Assembly (NCBI RefSeq): GCF_964204645.1
Contig: NC_134028.1
Location: 14,763,653-14,827,652, forward strand
DNA length: 64,000 nt
Direction of reading: 5' to 3'
Origin: Tubulanus polymorphus
Lineage: Eukaryota > Animalia > Nemertea
This document shows positions 28,181 through 42,502 of the stretch, piece by piece (the first letter of the stretch is position 1; each line of letters opens with the position of its first letter). The translations under genes were made by a program, and so were the position numbers. The notes below the pieces were generated by a model. It saw nothing but the letters and a program-made list of their open reading frames with translations. It ran no database searches and was not told where the DNA came from.

Positions 28181-29671
28181 GAAATATAAGTCCCGCAATC
28201 ACAACTTTCGAAAGCGATTTTAAAACATCAAAACTATAAAAATTATTTAAAACCTCAAATTTTCAGTTTTATCCTAAAAACCTTTTTCAAGAGTGACTAA
28301 AATTATGACATTTCACATCATATACAAGAAAGAATGGCACACACTATTGCACATGAAACTAGGTGATATTGACCAGAGAGGAAATGTATAGGGACAAAAA
28401 TTTATCATGGGGGGAGAAACCAAGGCATTGACACAGGAATTTGAATGGGAATTTATTAAAGGCGACGAAACTATGTGGCGTCGGGTAATACTGTGAGACG
28501 GAAAAATTATACGAGAATTATCAAAATCAAATTGATGACCGTTAGTACTCCAACCATGGGTAGCTACAGCACTTTGGGGCTTTTGATTAATCATATCTTT
28601 CTTATGCTCTTTAATACGAATGCTGAGGGAGCGACCAGTTTCACCTATATAAAATTTATCACAATCTAGGCAAGGGATTTTATAAACACCGGCATGAGTA
28701 TGTGGACAGAGTATTATTTTTGGATAAATGACTAGAGATTTTGTTATTATACTTGAATATGATATCAGTGTTAAGCGCTTTGAGAGTGGGTTTCAATTTG
28801 TGTAAACATGGGACATAAGGGACAACAATGCGAGACTTACGTTGAACAGAGTTAGTCAACACGGATAAAATTAGGTTTAAGGGATCTTTAGCTTTACGAA
28901 GCGCAAGGTCTAAGACATAATCTGGATAAGCCAATTCGTTAAGACAATTGCATACCGGTACATATAAAATTTCAGTAAATTCAGGGTCACAAATTCCGAA
29001 GAAGTCACAGAGCCCGAAGAAACAATCCTGGGGCTACAGACAACTTGATATTAAAACTGGTGAAGGAAAAGAAATGCAAATATGAATTAGTGGGTGGGTT
29101 TCCGAGGCGATAAACTGAAAAATGGAGAAGATTGAAACAATTGTGTATAAGAACATCCAGGAAAGGAATCACATTATTGGATTCCCATTCAAATGTGAAC
29201 TTAAGGCTAGGGTAACGTGAATTTAAGAACTCTGAAAATAAGGGAAGGTTAAAATTATCAGAAACCAAGCAAAGAACATTGTCAACATAACGAAACTAAG
29301 CTTGGGAGGGATATCTATATATAAAGGCAAAATTTCAGTTTCAACATGTTCCAAAAATAAGTTAGCTAAGTTAGGAGAGAGGGGATACCCCATAGCAAAT
29401 CCAAAAATCTGTTGAAAGAAATTCCCTTTAAAATGAAAATACATACTTTTGGAACACAGTTCAAGTAAATCAATGAGACATTCAACAGAAATGGGAAAAT
29501 CGAGGTGGAGGCCCGGAAGTTTGCGTTGAATGAAATCATAAGTAGCCTCTAAAGGGATATTCGTAAACAATGAAACAACATCAAATGAGATAAAAATTGC
29601 TTTTGAAGTTGTGATTGTGGGACTTATATTTCATTCGTCTCTCGCGATTTATTGCGTAGTTTTATCACGTT
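28181..29671 (-). mobile_element. 5'-truncated Penelope-like element (RT and GIY-YIG remnants)
   Basis: SFDVVSLFTNIP, GFAMGYPLSPNLANLFLE, IPFLDVLI, SVYR, VVPYV, and a GIY-YIG-type YIGET...H...H.FDF region. An inverted ~45-bp end copy (28179-28222 vs 29591-29635). Flanking 12-bp repeat AACTAGGGAAAT at 28169-80 and 29672-83. Confidence 0.85.
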
Positions 29672-31664
29672 AACTAGGGAAATATTTCGACCTTTCTCGG
29701 AAAAATTTGTTACAGAATTACACACCTACAAACCTATCAATTTCCACATCAAGGACGCTAAATGACACGTAGTGCATATGTACATCCAATAATGTGTTCA
29801 TGATATATATTTCTAAATTCATACTAGATTACTGCATTCCATGCATTAGGCCTACTGGGCAAATTCAGCAATACTGGTAACAAAAGGTGAAGTGCCACCT
29901 GTTCGAGTTTGACTTGGGTCCATGGACACCATGCCTAATTTAGGTTTTAGTTTGAAATGCTCAACAACCTGACAATTTTATAATTGAATACACATTATTA
30001 TCCAACATTTATGTATTGAACATACACTGAACCCAATAAACTTGAAACTCACCACAATGATAAAACATGTCATGGGCTATAATTTTGCAATTGATTGTGG
30101 TAACAAAAAAGCCTAGGTACCGATATAATATGGAAATTCTAAGTAATTCAACTATTCACCGCCCCCTGGTGATCATATGCAAAACCCAAATGACCTTGAA
30201 ACTCACCAGAATCATAGAGCATGTCATGAGCTACAACTTTGCAATTGATGGTTGTAACAAAATGTACATAGGTACCAATATAATATAGAAATATAGATGC
30301 AATGCAGCGATAACACGCTTCTGCCTTGCTGGATTTAATTTTGTACTGGGAAGCGTTAATTTTGATTGAAATCATAGGGTAAATCCATCTTTTATATTAC
30401 GAGTGACTGTTTCCACAAACTTGATATAAGCATTGCAACTTAGTATACTCACAACAAAATGTTTGACCACCTTTTTGGGAATACTTCTACTTCAAATTAT
30501 ATCAAATTGAATAAAAATCAATTATATTTATTTATTCCTTATCAATTTTTACACTTGAAATAGTGTTATATCAGAAATAAATACCTTCTAGTCATATTTT
30601 ACATATTTTTCCAGATATTTTGTGAAAAAAAATTTTGACTTCAAATCAGCATCTTGGTAGGCAATAAAATTTCATTGAATTTGATTGATCGACGATCTCA
30701 TCTTGGAAGAGTTAAATTTTTTTTTCTAGAAAAATATCCAACAAAATACGTGAAATATGACTCTAGCAGGCATTTATTACTGATATAATATGATTTCAAG
30801 TGTTAAAATCCATAAGGAATAAACAGGTCGACTCGCATATGTATTTCTACAGGTATCCTGTAAATTAACGTGACTCACGTAAATATAGGTGACTTCCTGT
30901 AGATTAATGCTGCTTTCTGCCACAAAGTTTACTTGTGCATAATATCGATAATTTTTTATTCTATAATTCGTCATTTCAGGTAGAATATTCTCTTATCAAT
31001 CTGTAGAAACTGCCTTATTTCATTAAGCGCAGTTTCATTAAATAAAACACCGTCTAAGAATTGATCTTGAATGAATCAGTGTTGACTAGCCATGTGGTGG
31101 CATCACCAAGACGGATTCAAATATATGCGGGCTATTTCTAGCTAAAACAACTAGTAATGCCAATGTATCATTTTGGGTGTTTTTTAAGAATATTTAGGGC
31201 CCGCTAGTAGATTAGAAGATAAAAATTAATTTAAAAAAAAAACGGTAATTAAAACAAAACAATCTCAATCAAAAGATCATCAATTATTCATTTTTTAAAA
31301 ATTTCAGTGTTATTTTTGCATTTCATTTAACTGTTCATACTAACAGCATGTAGTTAGTTATACATACAGTTAAAAAGTTCGTTTCAGCTTTCACAATCTA
31401 TGTTTATGGGAAATGGTTCTTAAGGAAAAGGTACTAATTTATTAATTTCAATTATATTCAAAATGTGCAAATTATTAATATAAGGCTGATGAAAATATAA
31501 TTATAAAAGCATATAATTTATTTTCTAATATTTCTTGAGATGATAATTAGCATTATCTTTTTATTTTAAAGCGCAGTACCAGGAAAAGGAAAGAGGCATT
31601 CAGGCCCTGTTAATGTAGAATTTATAGAAAATAGTAAAATACGCTCAAGCACAAAATGTGATCG

Positions 31665-32354
31665 ATGAAAGGGCTCCACGAGCTGCATACCATGGTTGGC
31701 GGAAATATTTTCTTCTTGTTTGAAGATGCGTCGAGTTTGACTGTGTACACGAACAACGAAAAGTGGTGGGCAGACCTAATAAAAGATGAGAAAGTCAACC
31801 TGGTGGCTAAATCGTCGAGAAAGCGAGTAGACAAGGGTTGTGACACTATAGAAAAGCGGGAGATGTCAGGCAAAACATGGGTGCTGAGGAAAACCGAAGA
31901 AAATGTAGAGCAAACTCAAGATACTTCAATCATATGTATTCCTTCCAAAATAGTATACTCAACTCCATCAAAGAATTCACCCGGTGATATAAATTTCTCA
32001 AGCTGTTCCCTATCATCGATTTCAAATAATACTGTTTCTGATCCCGTACCATCTGTCTCGACATTCAAGGGGAAAAGCATCAGTACCAAAGGCAAAGGCA
32101 AAATATGTTCAAAGAGAAAACTAGATATCATGGGAGAAAATTATCAAGCCAGCAAAACAGAAACCCAAACAACTGGCCATCACGAGTTACAGATGTTTAA
32201 TTTGCTGCGGCTCATACATTGAAGAAGAGAATGAGCAATGGATTTGATGCTATGGAGATGGTTGTGATATTTGGGTACATTACCCATGTTTCAACTTTTC
32301 ACCAGAAAACGTGGCCGTTAAAGATTATTTTTGCGACCATTGCAAATATATGTA
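31665..32354 (+). pseudogene. Accessory ORF ending in a PHD finger
   Basis: After a frameshift near 32190 it reads CLICCGSY...WI*CYGDGCDIWVHYPC...YFCDHCKYM*, a C4HC3 pattern. Confidence 0.7.
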
Positions 32355-34898
32355 ACGTAAAATAGAATGAAGTGAAAAGATTGATATTGAGAAAACTTAT
32401 CATCATTTGATATTTTACGGAAATAAATGTATATTCTACGTAATTCAGAACTAAGTAATTAATGATAAATTTTTTTACTTTTACAGGGTGCATTTATTAG
32501 TTCGTATCAGTTTGTACCATCAACATCGTTGTCCAATGTGAAACCTCGAATTTCACTTTGTTCTGTGTCCAAGTATTCATAGACTTCCTCACAAAAACTT
32601 ATATATAGTGATTTAGGTGCCTTTTTATCAAACTCTTTTCGGTAATATTCGTTAAGGGCTTCTTTAACATCATTGTCAAAAATGGCTTCTAGTTTTTCTT
32701 TTATAATTGTCTTGAGTTGTTCTGTCGTTTTGTTTGTAAATTTTTTCATATTCTTCTCTTTCCTCGCAAAAAATGAAAATGGGAGCTTTGAGAAATGGGA
32801 CTGTGGATCTCGCTGATCTCCGTGTATCCTCACAGTTCATGTAGGAGTCAAAGTATTTGGCTCTCCAAAAGGTACAGCTAACTCTCTAACCAGTGCATTA
32901 TAGGCTTTCAAAAGAAGTGACCAGCTCTTGTGGTGATCACTGCATTTACGAGCACACATGAGTGCTTTCTCACTTTTAAAATTCATGTCCATAACCAGTT
33001 CCTTAACAAAAGATATCCCATGTATCGAATAGTCCTTTCACCATGTTCATTTCAATATGTCCGGGACCCGGTAAAAGATTTACCCATTCGTACTGTACAC
33101 GGAAATAATTCGAATCGGTTAGTCCGTGGTACTCCGATAAGTGATTTCTAATTTTTTCAATTCCAGCAAATTCATCCTCATTACATAGTATGCATGAGTA
33201 TGTGCTCATTATCAAACGCAATGCAAGGTTATATGGCGAACCATCGCAGTAAATAGTTATCCATTCTCGGGTATCAATTTGGTCAAACTCGGGAGTATTT
33301 TGCGATCTTTGCCTTTGACTAATTTCCTTTAAGACTTTTCGAATTGCCTCGTAACTACACGGGTTAACAAATACCGGTTCAGAAACACTGGTTTCATTGA
33401 CATGAACATGCATGTTCGATTCATGGGAACTTTCCTTTTGAGATTTTTCAATTATGTAACTTCCATCCGCTTTCCTTTTGGCTGAGAGCCTGGCAAGTTT
33501 CATTGATTTCTGTTTCTGTTCCAATTTTGATTCAGTAAATGTTGTTTCCTCTATTCCAAAATGCTCCAATTTCGACCTTTTTAGGTTTTTATGACAGTTT
33601 GGACAAACGATCATTTTAATATCTATGTTCTCTTTCTGACAAGAATAGCATGTTTTGTATTACTCGTCCTTCATCTTAGATTCAAACAACTTGTCAATTG
33701 AATCTTTAAACTCCCCAGATTCGAGATAACTTTGTTCGCTTGCAACATTTAATAAAATATCTGTCCACTGTTCATATAGAAAAAGATTCTCAAGATTCCA
33801 TGTCCAATGGTTTCAACATCCAGAATCCATGTTTTGCTGCAGCGGTGTACTGAACTTTACCGGCATTGTTAAAGGGTAACTGACACTTTTTATTTTATTT
33901 CAAAATTCGATAAGTTCAAATGAACTAAAGAAGATTTTGAAATAGTTCTGTTTAAAGATGTGTAGTTTCCGCAAAAATCATGATTTTGTAAGACAATTTT
34001 TGACCTCATTTCGTTGTATACATCGCATAACCATATTGGCATATAATCATTGGCAATTTCCGTCGATCTCCGGCGCTGTGACGTCAATAAAGGCAGCACT
34101 GAAAATTCTCTTCTATGAGATAACGTTGCGTTTATACTACTCGGCGTGTTTTCACTGCTTTTTCTAAATGTCAAATCGTTGTGTTTGCTTTGGGTGCGAT
34201 TATTCGGGTGTCGGAATATTTCTTTTTCCGAAGAATCCTGTTTTTCGAGGAAAATGGGCTTCTTTTGTAGGTTTAAAGCGATTGAATTGGAGCGGCCCAA
34301 CGTCGAACAGTGTCCTGTGTTACCGGCATTTTACCAACGATGATTCCGTTAATAAAATGCAGTATGATGCACAATTTGCAAAGAGGTAAGTTCCATTCAG
34401 TCATCTTAACATTTATTAGACACATGGTTTGAGAATTATTGTTGTAAGGGCTTGAAAATCACTGTTAAAAGGGTCGCATTTTTCAAGTCAAATTCAAATC
34501 AAAACAATTTATTATTCCCACGCGCGGTATCCAATTCATAATTTTTTATGTCAAAATGCCGTTTAACTTTTGTTTACTAAGCGTGATTGTAAAACCATGC
34601 CTTCTAGGTCAGCTTACATTGTCTGACAATAGAAAAATCTTTTCATTGAACTACTACTAGACCACAGCGCACTGTAGAATAGACTTTTATTGTCATTATT
34701 GTGAGTGCCTTACTTCACTAACAACAATTACAAAATGAATATTTCACAAGTCTTGTGAATTAACGGTTGCCTTTTGCTTGAAATAGATTGTAGCTGATAC
34801 AAAGAGCCATGCCATCGATTCACACTGTGATAGAAACCACTGAATCTACATCTCAACCAGAGGATTTCTTCCCGCCACCACAAAAGCCTGGATGAAAA

Positions 34899-37420
34899 GT
34901 GTTTGAGAAGAGGGAGAGACGGCGAGTCATTGCTGAGACTGAGAGCCAGGTTTTGCATAATCTTCAACAACATTTGGTTGAAGATTATGCAAAACCTGGT
35001 GAAGATGAAGGCAGGGAAGTGTATGCGGAACCCTGTATCAAACCAGAGTTCGATTTGTCTGATTCTGGGTCGGAGGACTATGTGTCCTTCTTCTCCCTAG
35101 TCTCCTTCAGACTTTGACAGCTTGGATTTGGACCTCAGCTCTTCAAAGAAGCAGAAGAAGGCCCAGAGAAAGGGCTCTTCAAAGAGGCAGAAATCGGTCA
35201 ATTTGTCGCCATCAGATATCGCGGAAGGTTCAGCTTACAAATCTTTTTCCTTGGAGGAAGATGAAGCCTCAGCTGTTCTGAGAGAACTGGCCTCATTTGT
35301 GGAGGCTCCCTTCCAGGATTTTGTAAGTGAAAAAATAATAAAGGAAAAGATCTTGCAGGAGAACCCTGTACCAAAGCATTAGGCCCTGAGAGTAAAAGAG
35401 GCGGACGAAGACATCACTGAGATCCTGGACAGCGCTAAGAAGTTCGTCAACCCTGTCGACAAAGGTCTGAAGAGGATCGCAAAGAGAATCATCTCCAGCA
35501 TGGGACCGCTGTCGAGGGCCTTGAGCCTCTTAGCTGATGAGCCTCTTAACCGATGTCAGGCAGAACCAGGAAGGAGAACTGGATATCTCGTTACTAACGA
35601 CCCTCCTAGAGCAGACCATGATCATGATGGGTCAGGCTCATGTTACAACTACATTTATCCGTCCAAAGAATATATTATCCAAAGTGACGAGAAACCAGAA
35701 GAAGGCGGAATCCCTTCTGAGGAAGTATCGAAAACTCCTGAATAGGGAGAAGAAATTCCTTTTCGGATCGAAATTCATCGAGAAGTTAGCCAAATCCGGC
35801 AAACTAAAGAAATCCATGAGAGACTTGAAGAGGCTGGGATCGGTCACGAAACAGCGGTTTCATGGAGAGCCATCTTCCTGTGGCCAAGGAGGAGGGCGTG
35901 TCAATTCAGGGGACCAGCGAAACAAGCAAACGCTCCCTAGAGGCCAGACCAATTTCCCGAGGAGAGGAAGAGGTGGACAGAATTTTAAGGCAAGGCCTAG
36001 AGGTAAATCCTCCAATTTCTCTATTAAGCTTACAGGAAATAAGTACAAACATTTGGACAGACGCAAGGAACTTGGTTCTGGTTTCACCAGACCTGTCAAA
36101 CTTACTACAAGCAGGACGGATCCAACATTGCCTGGAGAACTGGACAAAGCTTACCAGGGACCCGGACGGTAAAGGGGTACCCTTTGGACTTGTTGGAAAC
36201 CCAAACTCAATGGAGGGCCCCTACAGCCCCGATTTTCTCGGAAACCGAAAATGCGACTCTGGAAAAGGAAATTGAAGCCATGATCTGGAAAGAGGCAGTG
36301 GTGGAAGTGAAGCCTACCCCAGGGACAATTCTTGAGTCATCTGTTTCTGAGACCAAAGAATGATGGTGGCTTTCGCCCAATCTTCAACATGAAGCCCCTC
36401 AACAGATATATAAGGTATCGTCACTTCAAAATGGAAGGCATTCATTGTCTTCAGAGTCTACTGAAACAGGGGGACTTCATGATGAAGATCGATTTTAAAG
36501 ATGCGTATTTTTCTATGCCTATCGCCAGAGATCACGGGAAATTCCTAAGGTTCCTTTGGAAGGGAAAGCTATGGGAATTTACGTGCCTCCCATTCGGGCT
36601 AAGCTCAGGACCTCGTGCCTTCGCCAAACTATTGAAACCGATTGCAGGGTTCTTACAACGGCTAGGGGTGAGATTAATAATATATCTCGACGACATCCTC
36701 ATTCTAAATTCGGACCCGAAACAGTTGATCAAGGACAGGGACACAGTCCTGTGGTTGTTGCAAAAACTAGGGTTCACGATCAATTGGGGGAAGTCGATTC
36801 TCGACCCGTCCCAGACCATGGTCTTTCTGGGTTTTCTGATAAACTCATTGGATATGAGTCTGGCAATCCCGGCGGGAAAGGTGATGGCCATAAGGAGCAG
36901 CTGCAAAGCTCTCCTAGTTTCAGAATCGGTGACGATAAGGGATCTCTGTCGAGTGATAGGAATCCTTCTCTCCACCAGTCGTCGGGCGGTGTTTCCGGCG
37001 CCGTTACAGTGAGGCACCTTCAATTATTGCAAGGGCAGTCACTGAAGGTGACCCTCTCTTTCGAATCGATGGTATCCTTAACTCCGCAGTGTCGGACAGA
37101 GCTGAACTGGTGGATAGACCACTTAGCCCTGGACTTAAAAATAACGACGGATGCATCCCACTTTGGTTGGGGAGCGGTGAGCAAGGGAGTGAGGACAGGA
37201 GGCCCTTGGACGATCGAGGAACAATCCAGGCAATCAATGTGCTCGAATTAAAGGCGGCGGAACTGGCTCTCAGGTCATTCACGAAGGGCAAACATGTCAC
37301 AAACATGTCAATTTTTGTATGGACAACATAACCGCCGTGTCACAAGTGAACAAAATGGGGAATCCCAGGTCAGATGCACTGATTCGGGGGGCAAAGGACC
37401 TGTGGGGGTTCTGCCTAGAC
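34899..37420 (+). mobile_element. DIRS-type retrotransposon fragment (gag-like ORF1, RT, RNase H; tyrosine recombinase missing)
   Basis: Overlapping ORFs. AGRIQHCLENW, RPIFNMKPLN, KIDFKDAYF, LPFGLSSGP, YLDD, TDASHFGWGA, INVLELKAA. Local GC is higher than the flanks. Confidence 0.88.
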
Positions 37421-37545
37421 AATCAACTGATGTTAGATTGATTGGACAAAAAAATATAGCATTCTCTATACAAAATACAAGGACACCCACACATTACGGA
37501 AACTACTGGCTGATGCCACTTATGGTGAACATTCAAGTCATTAAC

Positions 37546-38332
37546 CAGTGTTCTCCATTAGGGGTTTTTAAGGGGCAGCCCGCCCCTTAAATTTTCATGT
37601 CCGCCCCTGTAAAGATCGTCCGCCCCTATGAAAAGATTAGCCGCCTCTGTAGCCGACATAGTTTGAAAATCCATCAGTGATGATCTTTGGTCTTATATCA
37701 CCATAGATAAACGATCATATAGCATTAAACATTATCAGTATGTCAATAATTGTATAAATAATGAGCCAGACAAACGCTTCATGCCATAAAAACTTATTAC
37801 ATACGTCAATAATTGTAGAAACGGCTCACACGCGGCGCCGCTCAGGTCAGGCCTATAAATATCCTGGGATTTCCCGGCATGTTAAAAATAAAAAAAGATT
37901 TGCTGATTTTTAATGAAACAGTGGCCTCAATTTTTCAAGTCTCAATGCCCGTAGAAAAACTTTTATTATGATTACCAAATTTTTTTTCAAACATTAGGTT
38001 ACCAAATGGAAATAAATAAAGGCTTGCTGAGCTTTATTGACAAATCTAGTTATATGAATGGAAGAACATCGTACTATTTTATGCAAGTAGGACTACCAAT
38101 CTCCTTCAGAAAAGTGCTTCAAGCAAACTGCCGATGATCGCTTTCTAGCCAAAGGCTATTAAAATTACCGAATTTAAACTATTTGATTATGACCCCAAAT
38201 GCTGGGAAAACGCATCTGAGCACCTACAAATAGAAAATTTTCCTGGGGGAGAGCCCCCGGGACCCCGTTCCCGATAAGTGCTCGCGCTCGTATGTACCGC
38301 CCCTATGAATTTTTTTACAATGGAGAACACTG
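37546..38332. mobile_element. hAT-like MITE with 6-bp flanking duplication
   Basis: TIR CAGTGTTCTCCATT / AATGGAGAACACTG, flanks ATTAAC on both sides, CGCCCC subterminal repeats. Confidence 0.8.
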
Positions 38333-39271
38333 ATTAACTGAACTTATGTAAATAATTCATTTTACCAAACACATTGTTGGCCAACAGTGCTTTTTATTTC
38401 AGAATATGGCGACATTTGCTGGAACAAGATACTCGAGGACGTAGAAGCAGATAGGCCAAGGAAAATAATCATAGTACCACCGACTCTCACATCAAACAAA
38501 CAAAGAATCACCTAAGAAGAAGGCATCGCAATGCACAGGACAAGATTCAAAAACACTAAGAGATGATTGGATGGTCTCTTGACATTTGTATTGAAGGTAT
38601 TAAAGGTATAATTTCAAATAATCTTGTAATACATGCACATGAAAACATGACAATCATATTGATTTTCTTAACAAAAATACATTCTTTTCAGACTTGCTGA
38701 AAAAATGATGACCCAAACGGATGATTTAATTTGAGGAATAATGTACGAAGAAATATATTTGAAATGTGGCAGTTCAAAGATACCGAGTATGTTTTTCAAC
38801 ATCCGGAATCATGATACAACATGTATATCTTTTATTCGATTTATAATTCAACCTAAATTATTTTTCATGTCTTTTTCAGGTAATGAAGACATAATATCTA
38901 CATTTGCATGGAAAGATTAATGGTGAAACTAAGCTAACATGTCTTAAGTGAAAGTTGTAGACACCAGTTCACTCAATAAATGATCTGTAGAAAATTGATG
39001 GGAAACTGAAAATAAAATCATTGATCTACTTTATCTACATTAACAACAACTGCTCCTTACTTGAACAATTAATTGTGATCAGCTGTTTAAATTAGAACTC
39101 AATGGATTGATAGCAAAAAGTTTGATAGATTATAAATATGCAATAATAATTTATATTTCATATCTAAGCGATGTCATTGTTTTATAAAAATATCTTTAAG
39201 AAAAGCATAAGTTAAGAAGAATATATGAACGTTGTTTGAATTTTTAAGTTGAATTCTTTCATTTTAATTCA

Positions 39272-39986
39272 TTAAGGTCCATTAATCGACACATTACGAA
39301 ATCCTTTAAATACATGGTCCTCCTCATAACCGTCCTCAGGGAAATGTGCACCGATGCACGAAACGACAAAAGCAGGCAAAATTCTCCTATTCTCCTTGCC
39401 CAAATATCCCCAACACCACCGAACAAATGATCTGTACGCTATATGTCTTAATTTCGCATTTGCTGGCCCTTCAAAACTTTTCTGTCCGTACTGCCGTTTA
39501 AATTCGGTCCACATCAGCGGCAGGACCCAAGGGTTCAAACAGATTGAAGCGAAAGCACAGTGTTGTGCCAGCACAACAACATTGAATCGCACTGAGCTTT
39601 TGAAACGAACATGATAAGATTCTCCTATTTCGCCAACAATGCTCAAAAACCTGTAGTGAAATCTACGACTTAATGAATCTTAAAATACATATTTTTAAGT
39701 TAATTGTTATATAAACATACCACTGATTCAGATTATCCAGTTCCAAACGGTTTATTTGGCCTTCGTCGTCGTCTCCCACTACCTCTGGTCTGGGTCCATT
39801 GCCGTTTCACATCGGTTCTGCCTCCGGTTCATATAAATACGGCCCGATCATTAATTCCTCTTCGTCACTTGTTTCCTGCCATTCAAATTCACTAAGCGAT
39901 TCATCTGAATTTGATGCCAAAGTGGCATTAAATTCAGATGAATCGCTCCCATTGTCCGATTTTCTATTCATTTCTATAGACGCCAT
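39272..39986 (-). pseudogene. KolX (P2X7 C-terminal/ballast-like) accessory gene of Kolobok
   Basis: Exon 1: MASIEMNRK...PYLYEPE. Exon 2: FASICLNPWVL...LRHIAYRSFVRWCWGYLGKENRRILPAFVVSCIGAHFP. Confidence 0.85.
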
Positions 39987-41798
39987 TATTGAGCTGCTCC
40001 CTTTAATGATGTAGGTTCTATAAATAGCCTGCAGTACACGTGTTTTTCCGCAACGATGTAAACAAAACAAGGCGCGCGAAAATCAAAATCATCAAATATC
40101 ACTATAAATTGAAATTTTTTCTGACCTTTCAAATTGTCAATCTAAATAGTATACTATAATGAATCATTTTATTGCAATAGTAGAAAATTCTTGAAAAAGT
40201 GTCAGTTACCCTATAATTTGAAAAAAGTGACAATTGGAACCACATTGCAGAAGATCTTATTTTCCAATATAACTTTCCATCGTCGCTGCAACACTTGGTT
40301 ATTATCAAATGCGCATACTATGTCTCCTTGAATTTTCATTTCATCCCGAAACTGACCAAGTTCAGAAACCATTTTTTTACTGTGTCGTAAGATGCATGAG
40401 AACCGGCTGAAAGTACTTTCATGGAGAGAAAACCAGCGCCAAATGAATAAGAAAGTATGCTTTCTCTTAAATGAAGGGGCATCACATAAACAGGATAACT
40501 CAGGTTTGTTACCGATTCAACAGTTTTGCTCAATATATACTGCTTTCTCGTGTCCTCCATCGATGGTTGCGGCATAATAGGCCTACCACATAAAAATGTA
40601 ACTAGAGTACCATTGCAGTTTCTCAAGTAACTATTATTGTCTAATTCACTCAATTTTTGAAAATCTTTGAGTTCTCCTAACTTAACCACATCATTTTGAA
40701 GATAGGGCTTCAAGGATCAACCTAATGCTACAGCAATTTTATCTAGTTTCTTCTGCCAAATTTGTGATGTCTAACTCCGGACACTCTCCTAACATTGGAA
40801 TGACAATCACCGGATCTGATTGCGTACTGGTGCAGGAATCTTTATCGTAGTTTTGATTTATACGTTCATCTCGACTCCGGTCTCCTTTTGGTTCAGAAAT
40901 AGATCTTGCCGTGCCGATTTGAAATGTTCGATACACCCTTTGTGAAAACGCAACTCCCTCTTAGGATTAGGGGTAGTTAGCTAAACTCCAGAAATGGCTT
41001 TCTTTGATTGATATTGAAAACTTTCGATATTAATGTGCGATTTGCTCCTTCATCTAGGCCTATGCCCCACTCCTGGTGTCTGTCATTCGCTGAACACTTA
41101 GCCTTGAAGCTCAACCCTTGAAGCTCATCTTACTGGAAGACAAAGAAATGATAAAAACATTTCGTTGGCGTTCACTGAAAACAAGAAAATTTGAAACTGA
41201 GATGGGCTTGCTGTAAGAATTTTTTTTAAAGTCAATAATCTTTTTATACATCGTCACGATGATGATTTAATTCGCTCTTAGATATTCAACAGTGATATCT
41301 TGACTGAAAAGAATGTTTTTATAAGTTTACATACCTGCTGTAAGTATAATTTACAACGCTCTGAATGAGACTATCTAGCGTACACGGGGCATCATCTTTG
41401 AAAAAAATTACTCCCAAATGCCATGCAGGAATCTTGTAGTACATGGTGAAATCGTTTGTATACAAGTTTACTTTAACCTAGAAAAGATTCAGCTTCCCAC
41501 GTGCTATGATAAAATACCACGGCTCTATTTACTGAAGGAAGGCAAGGCAAAATAATTGTGCGAGTCACTTCAAACAGTTGTAGCGATCGCCACTAACACA
41601 TCAATATTGAGAAACAAAGAATAAATAGTTTCTAGCCTTTTTAAACCTAATCCAATCACGAACAACGTAACATAAATGTTTGAGAGGCTAAATATAATTG
41701 GCCAGTCTGAGTCAGATGGTAGTCACGTATATTTACGGGATTTTCCGGATGTCAGGTAAATTTACAGGATACCCGTAGAAATACATATGCAAGTCGAA

Positions 41799-42502
41799 TA
41801 GTCTGAATACCAGTCATTGTGACCGGTTCTCTACAACGTCTGACGCTAAAGGATCATATAGAGGTTAACCCCTGTTAATTTAAATGCAACAACTGATTCT
41901 AGTGTCAAATCTAACCATTTGTACTCAAATAAATTAATTAGTTACCCTTGAAAAGGTGTTTTATAATAATATTTTTGATGATTTAAATCGCGAACTGGAG
42001 AATTTATTGATTTGATTTGAATTGATTGTCACAATCGGGATTTCCAATACGGACTAAATTGATAAAATGTGAAAATACGATAGGCCTATGTCTCTCTAAA
42101 ATTACCCTAAATGTTATTTTTTGTTGATAAAACGCATAAATTTTGGTCAATTTTAACCTTTAGAATTTGAAACACGAATAATAGGCCTATCTGCTTGGCA
42201 TCAATGTCATTTCAAGTTTAAGTCCGAATCCATAATTTACACTCCAATCATGCACCACGAAAAGCCGCAATATTTGTTATGATGCTTCACTTCAGCTATT
42301 TTTTGAGGGACTAGTCAAAAGTTTTGAGCTACTACGATCGTCAAAAGCTACTTAGGATTACAAATTTATGCACAAACAATAGTTAACTTCCATTTGATTA
42401 CAGAACAGTCAGTTGCATTGCAATTAACAGGAGGTAACCTCTATATGATACTTTAGCGTCAGACGTTGTACGGAATCATAACAACGACTGGTATTCAGAC
42501 TA
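41799..42502. mobile_element. MITE with TAG...CTA termini inserted in the right TIR of the large element
   Basis: TIRs TAGTCTGAATACCAGTC / GACTGGTATTCAGACTA, extended by ACAACGTCTGACGCTAAAG...CATATAGAGGTT and its reverse complement. Confidence 0.75.

Larger units (their letters stand above)
34168..38565 (+). pseudogene. Kolobok transposase remnant (THAP exon 34168-34385; C-terminal exon ~38403-38565)
   Basis: THAP: MSNRCVCFGC...FLFP...W...LCYRHF, then a GTAAGT donor. The last exon reads PPTL...EEGIAMHRTRF. The catalytic core is absent. Confidence 0.65.
33873..40212. mobile_element. Kolobok DNA transposon (internally deleted) with THAP and KolX genes
   Basis: TTAA|AGGGTAACTGACACTTTTT ... AAAAAGTGTCAGTTACCCT|ATAA (mutated TSD). 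Convergent THAP-transposase and KolX genes. Confidence 0.88.
32507..40936 (-). pseudogene. Fragmented DDE-type transposase (Academ/DUF6589-like), split by the Kolobok insertion
   Basis: GDIVCAFDNNQ (~40300) reads in frame across the empty Kolobok site. Then WITIYCDGSPY, LLPGPGHIEMNMVK and CSDHHKSW, with CxxC and C2H2 inserts. Frameshifts and an apparent internal deletion. Confidence 0.65.

Noticed and set aside
36532-37023. 163-aa antisense ORF and similar antisense ORFs over TE genes
   Set aside because: These are shadow ORFs opposite the DIRS RT and other TE coding regions, with no independent motifs.
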